Source of the DNA: Eledone cirrhosa
Lineage: Eukaryota
Direction of reading: 5' to 3'
Assembly (NCBI GenBank): GCA_964016885.1
Contig: OZ024741.1
Coordinates: forward strand, 330,150,001 to 330,214,000
DNA: 64,000 bases
Shown: positions 24,787 to 36,933 of the stretch, one piece after another
Layout of the letters: each line of letters opens with the position of its first letter
How positions within the stretch are numbered: position 1 is the stretch's first letter
Position numbers and translations under genes: made by a program
Notes under the pieces: model-generated
What the model was told of the DNA's origin: nothing
The model's input: the letters and a program-made list of their open reading frames with translations, nothing else
Database searches by the model: none

Positions 24787-27419
24787 TCGACCCCGTAAAG
24801 ATGAAAGGCAAAGCTAACCTCAGCGGGATTTGAACTCAGAACATAACTATATGCAGCAATGCATGTTGTCCCAACCCTCTACTAATTACTGCCAATCCAC
24901 TGTAGTTTAACCCTTGTCTTCAAACCGCCCGAAATTATTTCCCCTTCATTTGTTCAAACCGCTCGAAAACACCCACACTAAAAAATCGTAAAAATAAACA
25001 AACCATCATCAAAATCTCGTCAATTAGAGACTGCTGCGAGATTAGGCCCTTACCGCGAAAATTAACACTTAATATAGTGCAACAACTTAAAACAAGTGTT
25101 TTTTTAACTTTGAAAGTGTAAGAAGCGACCGACAGATGCTGCGGAAATGCAAGCATTTTTTACCGTAAATATTATGTTTGGTATAAAACAATTTCCAAGA
25201 CTGTGGAATTACTGGAACACTGATATAAGCTTTAGTGATCCTTATATATCAAGTATTATGCCGAAAACAACATATTTAAAATTAAACTAGTATTTGCGCC
25301 TGGTTGATACTTCAAATGCCTCTATTAATTAATTTCACCTGTCCATAAAAGTCAAATTTAACCAACAAAAATCAGGTAAAATTATATAATTGTAAATTAT
25401 TGATATTTAAACATCTGACAAAATTTCAAGCCTACACAGAAAATTAAGAAAATTACAAACAAATAAAATTGATAACCCTCTTGAGTATGATTAACTCAAA
25501 ATAATTGTTTCTACTTTTGGCACCAGGCCAGCAATTATCCCAGTGCATTAACCTTGGCGGGATTTGAACTCAGATCATAAAGGGAGGTAACTCTATGCTT
25601 CAAAGCATGGCGCCCGACCCTCTACCGATACTGCCAATCCACCGCCCTCGATTAACTCAAAATAATGCGAACAGATAAGCAGGACGTTTGAAAATTAATG
25701 TGAATGCTAAAGGGTTAATGAGAACATTACTAATATTACCAAATCCTACCAAATTCTCTTGATTTGAAAATCATGGGCATTGTTCATTCATTAGAAATAT
25801 GGTAACAAAAGGGATAAGCTTTGGCCTGATGAACCACTGAGCCTTGAACAGACGCTACCCTTTAACTTTAGCTATCCTGCATTAAATATATCAACACGTG
25901 CTGCAACCGCCCCAAATAGGAAAAGAAAATTGAGCAGGCACAAAGTCAACTCTAACTCGATGTCCTGGACCACATTATCAAGACATTCTTGAAAAGTAAA
26001 AAAATGAACGCCATGACTGCATTGCATTAAAAATTTAACCCTTTCATGACCGTATTTCTAATGAAATTCATTCTATTTCTATTAATTAATGAAGAAATTT
26101 GAGGGATTTGCTAAAATTATTAAATGTATCATTACTAAGACTAGCAGAAAACAACCCTTCGGGTGGTTTTCTGCTAGCTTGTGAAGTGTGAATATTGATA
26201 TTATACACAAATATATATGCATGTAGATACGATACATCAAATAAAATCATAATTGACAATATGCACAGAAATTGAAGAGAGACTGTTACACTCTCTTCTG
26301 TAATCAGTAAAGTAATCCATGATACATTTAAAAAAGACGATATTATATATAAACCGCATTACGGTGAAATTTTATGAAAACGAAAAAGGAGAAAATTAGT
26401 GGCAGAAATATAAACCTTATATAGTGATGCAAGTATATGAACGTTTATATAAGTGATGTGACATAGCATCCATTATATCATAACCGAAAGTATTGACATT
26501 TGAAAATTTTAAAAGAAGTGAATCTTGAAATAAGCAATTAAATTATTTATATTTAATCAAGAGTTACAAAATGTAGTACATAAATTATGTAATATTCTTT
26601 CATTATTTATTCAAAGTAATCCAACTTAGTTTACTAACGGGATAAAAAAAATATGTTCAGGACACAGTCCCACACGCCTCCCTTTATTATATTATGATTG
26701 TAACTTAATGTAAGTTTCTAATATAAAATTATGTTGGAAAAATTTAATTTAAACTGGAAACCTTTAAAATGGGTGATTTTATTTCATAGAATCAGAGCCA
26801 GCTTTGGCCAGGTTGGTAACAAAAGCATTAAGTAAATGTGAAACCATAATGAAGCCTTAACTTTATCATAACGTTTTCTCTTGGTTGCTGCAACTTTTTG
26901 CAGAAGGAGGTGGGATTTGAACAAAGAACACACAGGGCCACATCAAATACCACAATGCACCTCATCCAACTTTTTACCATTCTACCAATTCACTGCCCTG
27001 GACTAGTTCTTTATTTATTAACACACAAAATGACAGAAGGGAAGGAAAATGATTAACAAGATCCCAGCCCTCCTTTGCTTACCAAGTGGGGTGGAGTTCG
27101 TCAAATCAAACCGAGGAAACAATGTTTCCATTGCTGACACTATCTACTAGTCGCAATTCCTGGCAGAAGGAGTAACATGAAATAAAGTGTCATGCTCAAG
27201 AACATGAGGCACCACCCAGTCCAGGAATTGAACTCGCAAACCCACGATTGCGAATCCAATTCTCTAACCATTAGGCATCCGGGGTTCGCTAAAATGATGA
27301 AATGCAAAGTAATTTTGGAAGGATTTGAAATTGGGTGGACAGCGGAGCAAAACATCTAGCAACCCTTATCTTTCATGACCAACAACATGAATGAAAAATA
27401 ATATAAACATATTATTAAC

Positions 27420-27598
27420 CTTATAAAACGTTTCCAGCTTGAGGGGAGAAAATTTGTGTCCTTCGACCACATCAGGGTTGCGCCTGAGGAAGGAGCCTGT
27501 GGCTACACGTCGAGTTACCCATTCGATAGGTACCATGTAGCAGTGGTGAGCATGGAAGATATTGTCTGCCCATTTACCAAGGAAGTGGGTTGGAATAC
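27420..27598 (-). CDS. PAICS: PAICS exon 3 (SAICAR synthetase domain)
   Basis: GIPTHF...CYMVPIEWVTRRVATGSFLRRNPDVVEGHKFSPLKLETFYK. AG/GT boundaries. Confidence 0.95.
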
Positions 27599-28634
27599 CT
27601 GCAATAAATTGGATAGACATGAAAAACTCAGAAATAACATCAAAGGTAGTCATTTTGGTGACATGAAAAAAAGAAACCAGCCCACACTGTTAGCCAGTAG
27701 TTTAGGTACCAAAATAAAAAACACCCAGTCCACACTATAATGTAGTTGGAAGAGTATCCAGCTGAAGAAACCAAATCAAAATACAGAAACGTATGAGCAA
27801 GACATGGTTACCTGACCTGATTTGTCTCAATGTGACAACCTGTCTAACTCATGCATGCGTGGAAAATGGACATTAAACGATGATGGTGATGATGATTATA
27901 TCTAGAATTGAAATGAAATTTTAGCAAAGATCAACAGACCTAATCTGTGTATGGTGATAGACTGGGAAATAGGAGTGTGAATGTATCAATAACTGTATAT
28001 CACAATCCCATCAAAAGAGTTGAGTTAAAAAATCTTACAGCTGAAAGCTGAGATAACTGTCACCAAAGCAACTACACAGATATCTGGAACTAATATATCC
28101 AGAAGATAAGAAATTTACAGATAGAGTATACCTCAACAGGATACACATAGCCACATCTTGTACAACACAGATAAAAAGGGGTGCTCATGCCTGCACTACT
28201 CGTAACTACATTGCATGAACAAAATATCACCAGCATCATTTAATGTCTATTTTTCATGCCTACATGGTTTAGATGGGTTGCCATGACAAAAAGTTCCCAG
28301 TTCACACTGTAAAGTGGCCATGTTAGTGCCGTGATAAAACGAGCCCAAAACGGCTCTGTGTGAGTAAGACACGGTCATCTGATCTGACTTGTCTCACAAC
28401 AGGACAACCTGTCTAACCCATGCTAGCAGGGGAAAATGGACATGAAACGGTGATGATGATAAGGTTAGACATAGGTCCCTGGGTCAGGTAGATTGTCGTG
28501 TTCTGAAACTAGACAAGTCAGGTGTGATCAGGTTTTGCTCACACTTTATTTTTATTTATTTATATTTTGGTTGTTTGGATTTTTCCAGCTAGATCAAAGA
28601 GATAGTATAATTTAAGAAAAATAAATAAAATTAC

Positions 28635-28841
28635 CGGCATCATTGAGTATGTTCATGAGGGAGGCATTGGTGGAATTTGAAATAACAGCTTTCCCTTCCA
28701 TGTCATGAGCTCTTACACCATCTCCACAGGTGATTCTATCTTTAGACTTTATAGCAACACATCCCGAGTAAGTTGCTAAGTCGTACACAATTTTCGTTTT
28801 ACCCTCAATAAGGACTTCCCCAAGAGCCACATCTTTGCCAG
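28635..28841 (-). CDS. PAICS: PAICS exon 2
   Basis: GKDVALGEVLIEGKTKIVY...SKDRITCGDGVRAHDMEGKAVISN. CAG acceptor (phase 1), GTAA donor. Confidence 0.95.
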
Positions 28842-29281
28842 CTGTATATAGAGAAAGAAAAAATGTTGATATCAAATGTTGAGCAAATGTAATAATGAAT
28901 AACACAACAAAAAAATAAGAAATCAATAAAATAAGTACCAGACTCAAAGAAAGAAATAATGGTGTTAATGTGATCAATTAAAATCCTCTTATGGCAATGC
29001 CCCAGCATGGCCACAGTCTAATGACTGAAACCACTTTAAAGTGGTCATTTTGGTTCCATGACAAAATGCACCCAGCCCTCACAGTAAAGTGGTTGAGTGG
29101 GTGTCACAACAATATAAATGTGATTAGCATTAGGAAGGGCATCCAGCCATAGAAACCAAGCTAGAATCAGTTCTGTATGAGCAAGACATGGTCATCTGAC
29201 CTGTCTTGTCTCACAATGGGACAACTTGTCTAACCCATGCTAGCATGGAAAATGGACAAACGGTGATGATATATATATATA

Positions 29282-30075
29282 CAGGATGTGGACGATATTT
29301 GTTCGCAATTTTCAACTGCCAATTTTATGCACATTTTTTTTACTTCCGTTGTCACTCTTGTCTTCATAAAAACAGTGACTATATTTCCATTATTTATTTT
29401 CAGAATAATTGATTATGAATAATTTTGAACCTCCAAATTTGTGGAAGAGACACGGAGTTCTTCTTGGAATCCGCGCCGGAAGGAGAAATAAGGAAATTTC
29501 AGACTTTCTCAGCGTCAGCAGGAGAATGGTATCTCATCCAAAGGCGTGCCCAGAGTCATGCAGACAAAGTTTCCACGACAACATTGGTCTTAGGTGTCGT
29601 CAGCAGTCAAGGTGACGTCATACCACCTCACTTCTTCTCTGAGGGCCTCAAGCTGAACACCGATGGCTACATCCGTGTTCTAAGCGAGGTAGTAAAGCCC
29701 TGGATCGACCAGGTAGCTGCAGGTAGGCCGTACGTGTGGCAGCAAGACTCAGTGCCCTGCCATACCAGCTGAAAGACCCAAGCCTGGCTGTCAGAGAACT
29801 TCGTCGACCACACTGCACCTGGCCTCCTAGCTCGCCTGACTGCAACCCCCTCGACTTCTTTGTGGGGCAAAGTGGAATGAGACACCAACAGATCTAGCTG
29901 CAATACGAAAGACGATCTGAAGGCCAGGATCACAAGTGCCCTAAGGGGCCTAAGTCGGGGGACAGTAACGAAGGCCTGTAGCCGGTTCCGAGGCCGTCAT
30001 CAAAGCCAATGGCAGGTTTATCAAGTGAGATCGAAAGAACAAGTCATGAAGACAAACTGACCTAAGTTTAATAAA
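29282..30075 (+). mobile_element. internally deleted maT/DD37D-like transposon
   Basis: TA-CAGGATGTG start. VLGVVSSQGDVIPPHFFSEGLKLNTDGY...VWQQDSVPCHTS and PDCNPLDF motifs with stops. Confidence 0.8.
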
Positions 30076-30372
30076 TATCATCATCATCATCGTTTAACGT
30101 CCATCTTCCACGCTAGCATGGACGGGAATTTTCCCACTTGAAGCAAGATTAGTTGTCTTGCTCGTATAGGACTGTCTGGTAGTTTTTCTTACGGCTGAAT
30201 GCCCTTCCTAACACCAACCACGTTTAGTGTGTACTGGGAGGTTTTTACCGTGTTACCTACACGGCCACATTACAGCGTGGACTGTGTGTTTTTTTGTCGT
30301 GACACCTACACGACCTCATTTGTTTAGGACTGGATGTTGTGGTACCAACATAAATATATCTTAAAGAGAGAG

Positions 30373-30405
<33 letters not shown>

Positions 30406-30808
30406 GAGAGAAAGAGAGCCTCCGGTGCTGAAACAGTTCTAGTCCTGTAGAAGCTATTTCTATATTAAATATTTATACTCTATTATGTATTGAGCCCGGG
30501 ATATATATATATATAGTAGCAGAATGGCTCAGCGTTGGTCAGGATTTGCTCTAGGGTTCTTATATATTTGATATATATTCATCCTTATCAAGCCTTGCGA
30601 AATAAATACTTGTGTTTATATTTTGTTATTGTGTATGCAAAAATATCTGTACACGAATATATAATTATATATATATATTAAAATAACAGATTAAAGTTTA
30701 AGCAAAGAATCGCTGCTTTCACCCTTAACAGGATCTTCTGAAACTAAAAAAAAAAAAAAAATCAATCTGAACGCAGAAGTAAATATTTCGAAAAACGATA
30801 CACACTAT

Positions 30809-31155
30809 ATCATCATCATCATCATCATTTCATTTTACGTCCGCTTTTCCCTGCTTGCAAGGGTGGGACGGGAACTGATTCTGGCTTGATTTCTACAGCT
30901 GGATGCCCTTCCTAACACCAACCTCATTTACAGTGAGTGCTGGGTGCTTTTTTGCCGTGGCACCTCCACGACCACTTTGCAGTGGAATGATAGGGACCCC
31001 AGTCCCTATCATCTCATTTCTACAGCTGAGTAAACTGGAGCAATGTGAAATAAAGTGTCTTGCTCAAGGAAACAACACATCACCCGGTCTGAGAATTGAA
31101 CTCACAACCTTTCGATTGCAAGGCCAATGCTCTAACCACTAAGCCATGTGCCTCC
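30809..31155 (-). mobile_element. full-length tRNA/CORE SINE with RTE tail
   Basis: Reverse complement of 33540-33920. Confidence 0.85.
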
Positions 31156-31552
31156 ATGTATATACAAATTATGTAGAAGAAGTAAATAGAAGTTAGATAC
31201 AGAAAATATATATTTTTTGTTTGCTTTGGCAATACATTGAATTAAAGCATCTTTTGTTTTGGTGATTTCTTTGTAGAAACGAAGAAATTATGATTAGTGT
31301 TTTAGGACGTACTCCATAGTTGGCAGGGAGGAATTTAAACAACATAAATATCCAAAATATTATTGGAATATATTCTCTCAGCTGACTATTTATTAACTGA
31401 GGAGAACCTAAATGTATCGTACATTTAAGATTAAAATAGTGTAGAAAAGATTTACATATTAAACCAGTGTCTACCTATAAAACACTAGAACAATTAATCT
31501 AGATAATTTAAAAAATGCATTTATATATACATATATACACACACACATATAC

Positions 31553-31816
31553 CGTCGTAATGCAGATAGTCAGACATACAGACAGATATTATAAGGGCGC
31601 AACGTTATATCTATGTATCTATCTAAAAAGAAAGACTAAGAATTATAGAGATAGATCACTAAATTGCCTAATGCGGTCCCTAGGGCAAATATTTTTTTGC
31701 TCAAAACACTCACAGGACCATAAGTATTACATGTGTAAAGTTTGAAAACAATCGGTTGGGTGGTTCTCGAATTTTAGGGAGTCAGACAGACAGACATTCT
31801 GTTTTAGATATATAGA
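31553..31816 (-). mobile_element. Helitron-like 5' fragment
   Basis: High similarity to 23805-24063. Confidence 0.65.
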
Positions 31817-31846
31817 TAAGAGAAAGAAAGTGTCATTTACTCTTAA

Positions 31847-32024
31847 CCCTTTAGCATTTAAACCGACTGTATCCAGCCAGAATTCTCTCACCTCTTTCTG
31901 TTCAAACTGGCCGCTCATACTGATCTCAAAATAAATAACATCAAATTGTCGAAGATTCGATATTATGCGAGGTAAAGCCTTTACCAGGAAAATATATATA
32001 GAGAGTAATGTAAATGCTAAAGGG
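31847..32024. mobile_element. piggyBac-like MITE
   Basis: Perfect 14-bp TIR CCCTTTAGCATTTA flanked by TTAA on both sides. Related copies near 17065-17250, 32555-32764 and 41440-41615. Confidence 0.8.
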
Positions 32025-33539
32025 TTAATATAATGTACCTCATGGCACCTATCAGTTTATTCAGAAATGCAGATTTTTAAAACAACTTTAAAACAATGTA
32101 TTTCCGCCTAGAATTGACTTTATCAAACTAAATAATAAAACATTGAAATCTGCACCTTTTTGCCCACAAGACAAGTTTATTATTATTCCAATAACAGAAT
32201 TCTGAAGGTGATGAATTATTCAAATGGCATTTTTTGTGGCTGTTTGGTTGTTGAAAACTTTTCCTTGCAAAAAGTATGAAAATGTGGCAATCGGTTGGTT
32301 GGTGACACCACCACCCCAGAGGTTATAGTATTAAGTTGTTCAGAACTTAATGCAGGTTTTATGTTTTCATGTAAGTGAATTTGACAAACAGGAACTGTAA
32401 GGAAGTCCATCACATATCTGTATGTATAGATGCATATGTCTTTGGCTAATCTATTCTCTTCACATTTGATATTGCAGGCAGTGATATATGTTTATGTTCT
32501 GCATAAAGATCCCACTGTTCGGCAGTGACACGTTAAAACCTGTACCTTACTTAGACCTTTAGGATTTAAACCAGCCATACCCGGCTAGAATTCTTTCATG
32601 ACATTCTATTCAAACTGGCCCTAACCAGCTGCTCATACTGATGTTAAGGTATTGTATTCAAAAGAAATAATATCAAAATTTCATAGATTCGATATTATGT
32701 GAGGTAAAGCCTTGACTATAAATACAATAGTATATGTAGAGTAATGTAAATGCTAAAGGGTTAAAAGGTGTGAAGGTTGGCATCAGGAAGGGCAGCCAAC
32801 TGTCAAATTCTACTTTAAAAAGCCTCATTTAACTCATGTTAACAAGGAAAAACAGACATAAATATGTGTGTAGATCCAGAGTTAAAACAACGCCACAGTA
32901 AATAAAGTACTCAATACATTAGTAGAGTGTAAGCATCATTATTTAATATAGAAGTAGCTTCTACAGGACTATAATGATGATTCCATACCAATTAAACAGT
33001 TCTAATCCTGCAGAAGACATTTCTATTCTAAACAATTTATATATATAGGGCAATTAGATAATGAAGTTTGCTTCACAACCCTGTCATTTTAGGTTTAATT
33101 CTACTGCATCACACCTTTACTATAGCCTCAGCCTAAGGAGATTTAGTAGACAGAAACTGTAAATAAGCTTATCTCGTATTGTGTGCATCCTATTTAAAAT
33201 AGATAGGAAGTTGCCTCTGAAATGGGAATACAAATGGAATAAAACAAGTTTCGTGTAAATCGGTTCCCGAGATACAAAGTTTTTCTGGGTATCTTCTTTA
33301 AATAGAGAGAGAGAGCTGGTGGTGTTGCTGAATGAAATTATAACAAGTGACTTCAGAATCAAATACAACATTAATGTATCTAGCTAAAATTTGGTGACAA
33401 TATTAAGTCATATTTATAACTTGTGATGTATGTAGTGAATATTGCCTGCTAAATAGAAAGGGTTCCTAAGTTTGTATGTGTATATGTGTGTCTGACCAGT
33501 GTATATAGGTCTCAGACACCCACCCACATATATATATGT

Positions 33540-33920
33540 GGAGGCACATGGCTTAGTGGTTAGAGCATTGGCCTTGCAATCGAAAGGTTGTGAGTTCAAT
33601 TCTCAGACCGGGTGATGTGTTGTTTCCTTGAGCAAGACACTTTATTTCACATTGCTCCAGTTTACTCAGCTGTAGAAATGAGATGATAGGGACTGGGGTC
33701 CATATCATTCCACTGTAGAATGGTCGTGGAGGTGCCACAGCAAAAAAGCACCCAGCCCACACTGTAAAGTGGACGTGTAGGCGCCACGGAAAAAAAGCAC
33801 CCAGCACTCATTGTAAATGAGGTTGGTGTTAGGAAGGGCATCCAGCTGTAGAAATCAAGCCAGAATCAGTTCCCGTCCCACCCTTGCAAGCAGGGAAAAG
33901 CAGACGTAAAATGAAATGAA
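33540..33920 (+). mobile_element. full-length tRNA/CORE SINE with RTE-derived tail
   Basis: tRNA-like head GGAGGCACATGGCTTAGTGGTTAGAGC...GAGTTCAATTCTC, CORE-like CCTTGAGCAAGACACTT, and a tail shared with the RTE 3'UTR. Confidence 0.88.
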
Positions 33921-35159
33921 TATGGGCCTTCCAATTTCAATTATATACATGCTTGTGTATATTTTAATTATTTAAAAATCATTTTTAAGTGAACATGATT
34001 TTTTAAAAATATTTTAAGAGAACATGACTCACCAGGTCACAGGTGGTCTAGTATATACTAAAAGTTTTCAACACACTGATGCGTATGTGTATATGTTTGT
34101 ATGTAGATTATACACACAAGTGTAGTGAATGTTAGACACTGTTTTCTGTAGTTTGTCATTACCTCTTCCTCAGTCATCTCTAGTGAATGACGGAAGGAAG
34201 TCGCTCAAATTTATATAGAGATATTACATATATATTTTAACTTTTATTACTAACTTTTCAGCTATTTATCACACTAAGTGTTATCTATTTCAGTTTCCTT
34301 AACTCTCTACTCATTTGTTTTATATTATTATTACGATACCTTTTTAAAAAATGATATGCACTTTGAAAACCTTCGACCCATGCTTCAAACACAGAACCAG
34401 TGCGCTATTTTCCCCTCTCTCTCATAGAAATATCCAATCTGCCTGCAGTGATGGCGAATTTAAATCTTCAATCTAAGACCATCGATATTTCTCAGTCTTT
34501 AACATTTCATCTATTTATCACGATAGCTCTCTTTCAGACTCTGAATTCCTCCCACCCACCCATACTTCCTATTCACCACCTTTCGACTAGCTGTTTGGCA
34601 GACATGACCTTGTACTCCTACCTTTTGCTTACACACACACACACAGGCACCTATATCACAAATGTCAATTCACTAATCTGAGAACCGTTTAATGACTGCA
34701 TGGACTCTGCAAGCCATAGTGAAACAACCTGTCTAGATCAGTGACTCCGATTTAAAAAACGACTGCAGGGGGCAGGCTTGAGCTCTGTACGCCGTAGTCA
34801 AGGCTACTCATCTAGATTAGGCACTCCAAATAAAAACTGATAGACTGGAGAGGACTCTTCAATCCGGTGACATAACCTCTTCAGTGCTGGTAGCACAAAT
34901 AATCCACATTGTAAAGTGGTTGGTGATAGGAAGAGCATCCAACCAGAAAAATGCAACCAAAATATGAAATACACAACCAATATGATTTCCATAATTGCAT
35001 ACATAGGGTTAACACTAGCTATGTTAGTGTTGTGCACGGTAGTGGAGTGGTCAGAGTAGCTCTGCGTGAGAGCCTCTCGACTGCCATCAAGCAATCGCTC
35101 AACCACTTCCTCTTTCAGGTACATAGAACCTCTAACCAAGGAATTAACTGTCAAGGTAC

Positions 35160-35790
35160 AAATCTCAGGACTGCCACCCTCAATGTTGGTACTCTGAAAA
35201 GCAAATCAGGTGAAATTGTGGAACTGTTAGAGAGAAGAGGAGTATATATATGCTGTGTACAAGAAGTGACATGGAGTGGTGCCTCAACAAGACAAATCAT
35301 GGGCAACTTAAATATAAACTACTGGGGTAGGAGGTGTAGGCATCTTACTAGCTGAGAAATGGATAGATTAGGTGATAGAGGTAGTTAGAGTAAGTGACAG
35401 AATCTTCAAGTTTAGATTAACTGTACGGAATAGAATGCTGGCAATCACATCTACCTATTCTCTGCAGACAGGACTGCGTAAAAAACAAAAGGACAGGTTC
35501 TATGAGAGTAAGTGACGTCTGGAAATTCTTATGAGACAACCATTTGCAAACTACTGATGAGACTTGTAGCTGGAGTAAAGCGCCAGCCAACAGAAGGTGA
35601 CACAGTGGCGGAACAGCACAGTTGATAGTCATTAAAGCCAAGAGACAGGCATGGAAAAACTGGAAAAATTGGGGTGGCAAAGACCGGTACCAGGTAGCTA
35701 AGAAAGAAGCTAGGCAACAGGTATACACAATTCGGAGAAGCTGAAGAAAGTAAATTTGCCAAAGTCTTGAGACGTGAGGACAAAAGACAG
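35160..35790 (+). mobile_element. RTE LINE endonuclease remnant
   Basis: LRTATLNVGTLKSKSGEIVELLERRGVYICCVQEVTWSG. Confidence 0.8.
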
Positions 35791-36074
35791 CAATAAAAAG
35801 ATATTTAGCGATCAGGAAGTTTGAAAACGATATTTTTTTTTTTAAGTTGTTGGTGTATGCGCAGCATAAATACGGCCACACTCATTTATTGCTACTGCTG
35901 TTAATGATTCACACAGAATCCACAGGTCAGTCCCGATGCAGTGTTCCAGTCATGACCACGTTGCCTTTATTATATACTAACGGAATGAAGAAGAAAGAAA
36001 TAAATTTAACAGCCAAGGGTTAAACAGGGGAGGCAACAGTTATTTGAATTTTTTTTTTTGCTTGCTATGGAACA

Positions 36075-36375
36075 TTAGGCGACGAGAGATCTCCATTCCA
36101 CACGGTTGCAGGCCAGTCTCATGTCTGCCAGAGCACGCTCGATAAACATCAACCGGATCTTAATGGGTCTGTCTTGTTTCATACGTTTTCATTTGAGGAT
36201 GGCCTTATACTCAACCGAATCCTTTTCCATGACCTGCTCATTTTGTAACGTAATCACACCAATAAATTCTAAGTATGGCCCTAAAGCAACATCTATGGAA
36301 GACATCTACATTTCCGTATACTCTACAGGTCTTTTTCCACGTCTCACAAGTATATGACGCCGTTGGCACGATTAA
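36075..36375 (-). mobile_element. LINE RT C-terminal remnant
   Basis: Minus translation IVPTASYTCETW...DVFHRCCFRAILRIYWCDYVT. Confidence 0.7.
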
Positions 36376-36619
36376 CATAAGTCAAAATTATAATTAATGA
36401 AACTAAATTATCTGGTAATCCCGCCGAGGTTAACTTTGCTTTTCGTCCTTATGGGGTCAATAAAATAAAGTACCAGTAATGCACTGGGTAATTGTGCCTT
36501 GTGCCAAAAGTAGAAACAATTATTATAAAACACGGGGTCGATAAAATAAAGGGGTAATTTCATCGACTTCCCTTTCCCCCAATATTGTTGACCTTGTGCC
36601 TAAATCTGAAACTATTTAA

Positions 36620-36933
36620 AACACTCCTCTCGATTTCAGTGGGAAATAATCATATTTCTTCGATAACACGCGAAAAAAAAACTAAAAAAAACTGAAAAAA
36701 ACATTTCCCATTAAACGCGATAGATGGGTAGATCTGCGAGGGACTACCCCACTCCTATTTCTACAAACCTTGTTTTGGAGGTCAGATTCATTGATAAACG
36801 GAAAAAAAACTCCGGGAAAAAGAGGGCGGTCTACCCGGGGGGGGGGGGGACATGTTCGGTGTCAGATTAATTCATAGGACACGAAACAGCAGTGGAAAAA
36901 CAATTATTTCTGACTGAAATCGAGAGGGGTGTT
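36620..36933. mobile_element. MITE-like element with ~30-bp TIRs
   Basis: ACACTCCTCTCGATTTCAGTGGGAAATAAT versus ATTATTTCTGACTGAAATCGAGAGGGGTGT (3 mismatches). Confidence 0.6.

Noticed and set aside
33540-33612. tRNA gene
   Set aside because: A/B boxes are present but there is no proper acceptor stem, and it continues into the SINE body. It is a SINE head, as are similar sequences at 14175, 16410, 47455 and 62327.
34033-34177. Alternative PAICS first exon ATGACTGAGGAAGAG|GTAATG and a nearby GTGAGT donor
   Set aside because: These are phase 0, incompatible with the phase-1 acceptor of exon 2, and there are no promoter-like features.
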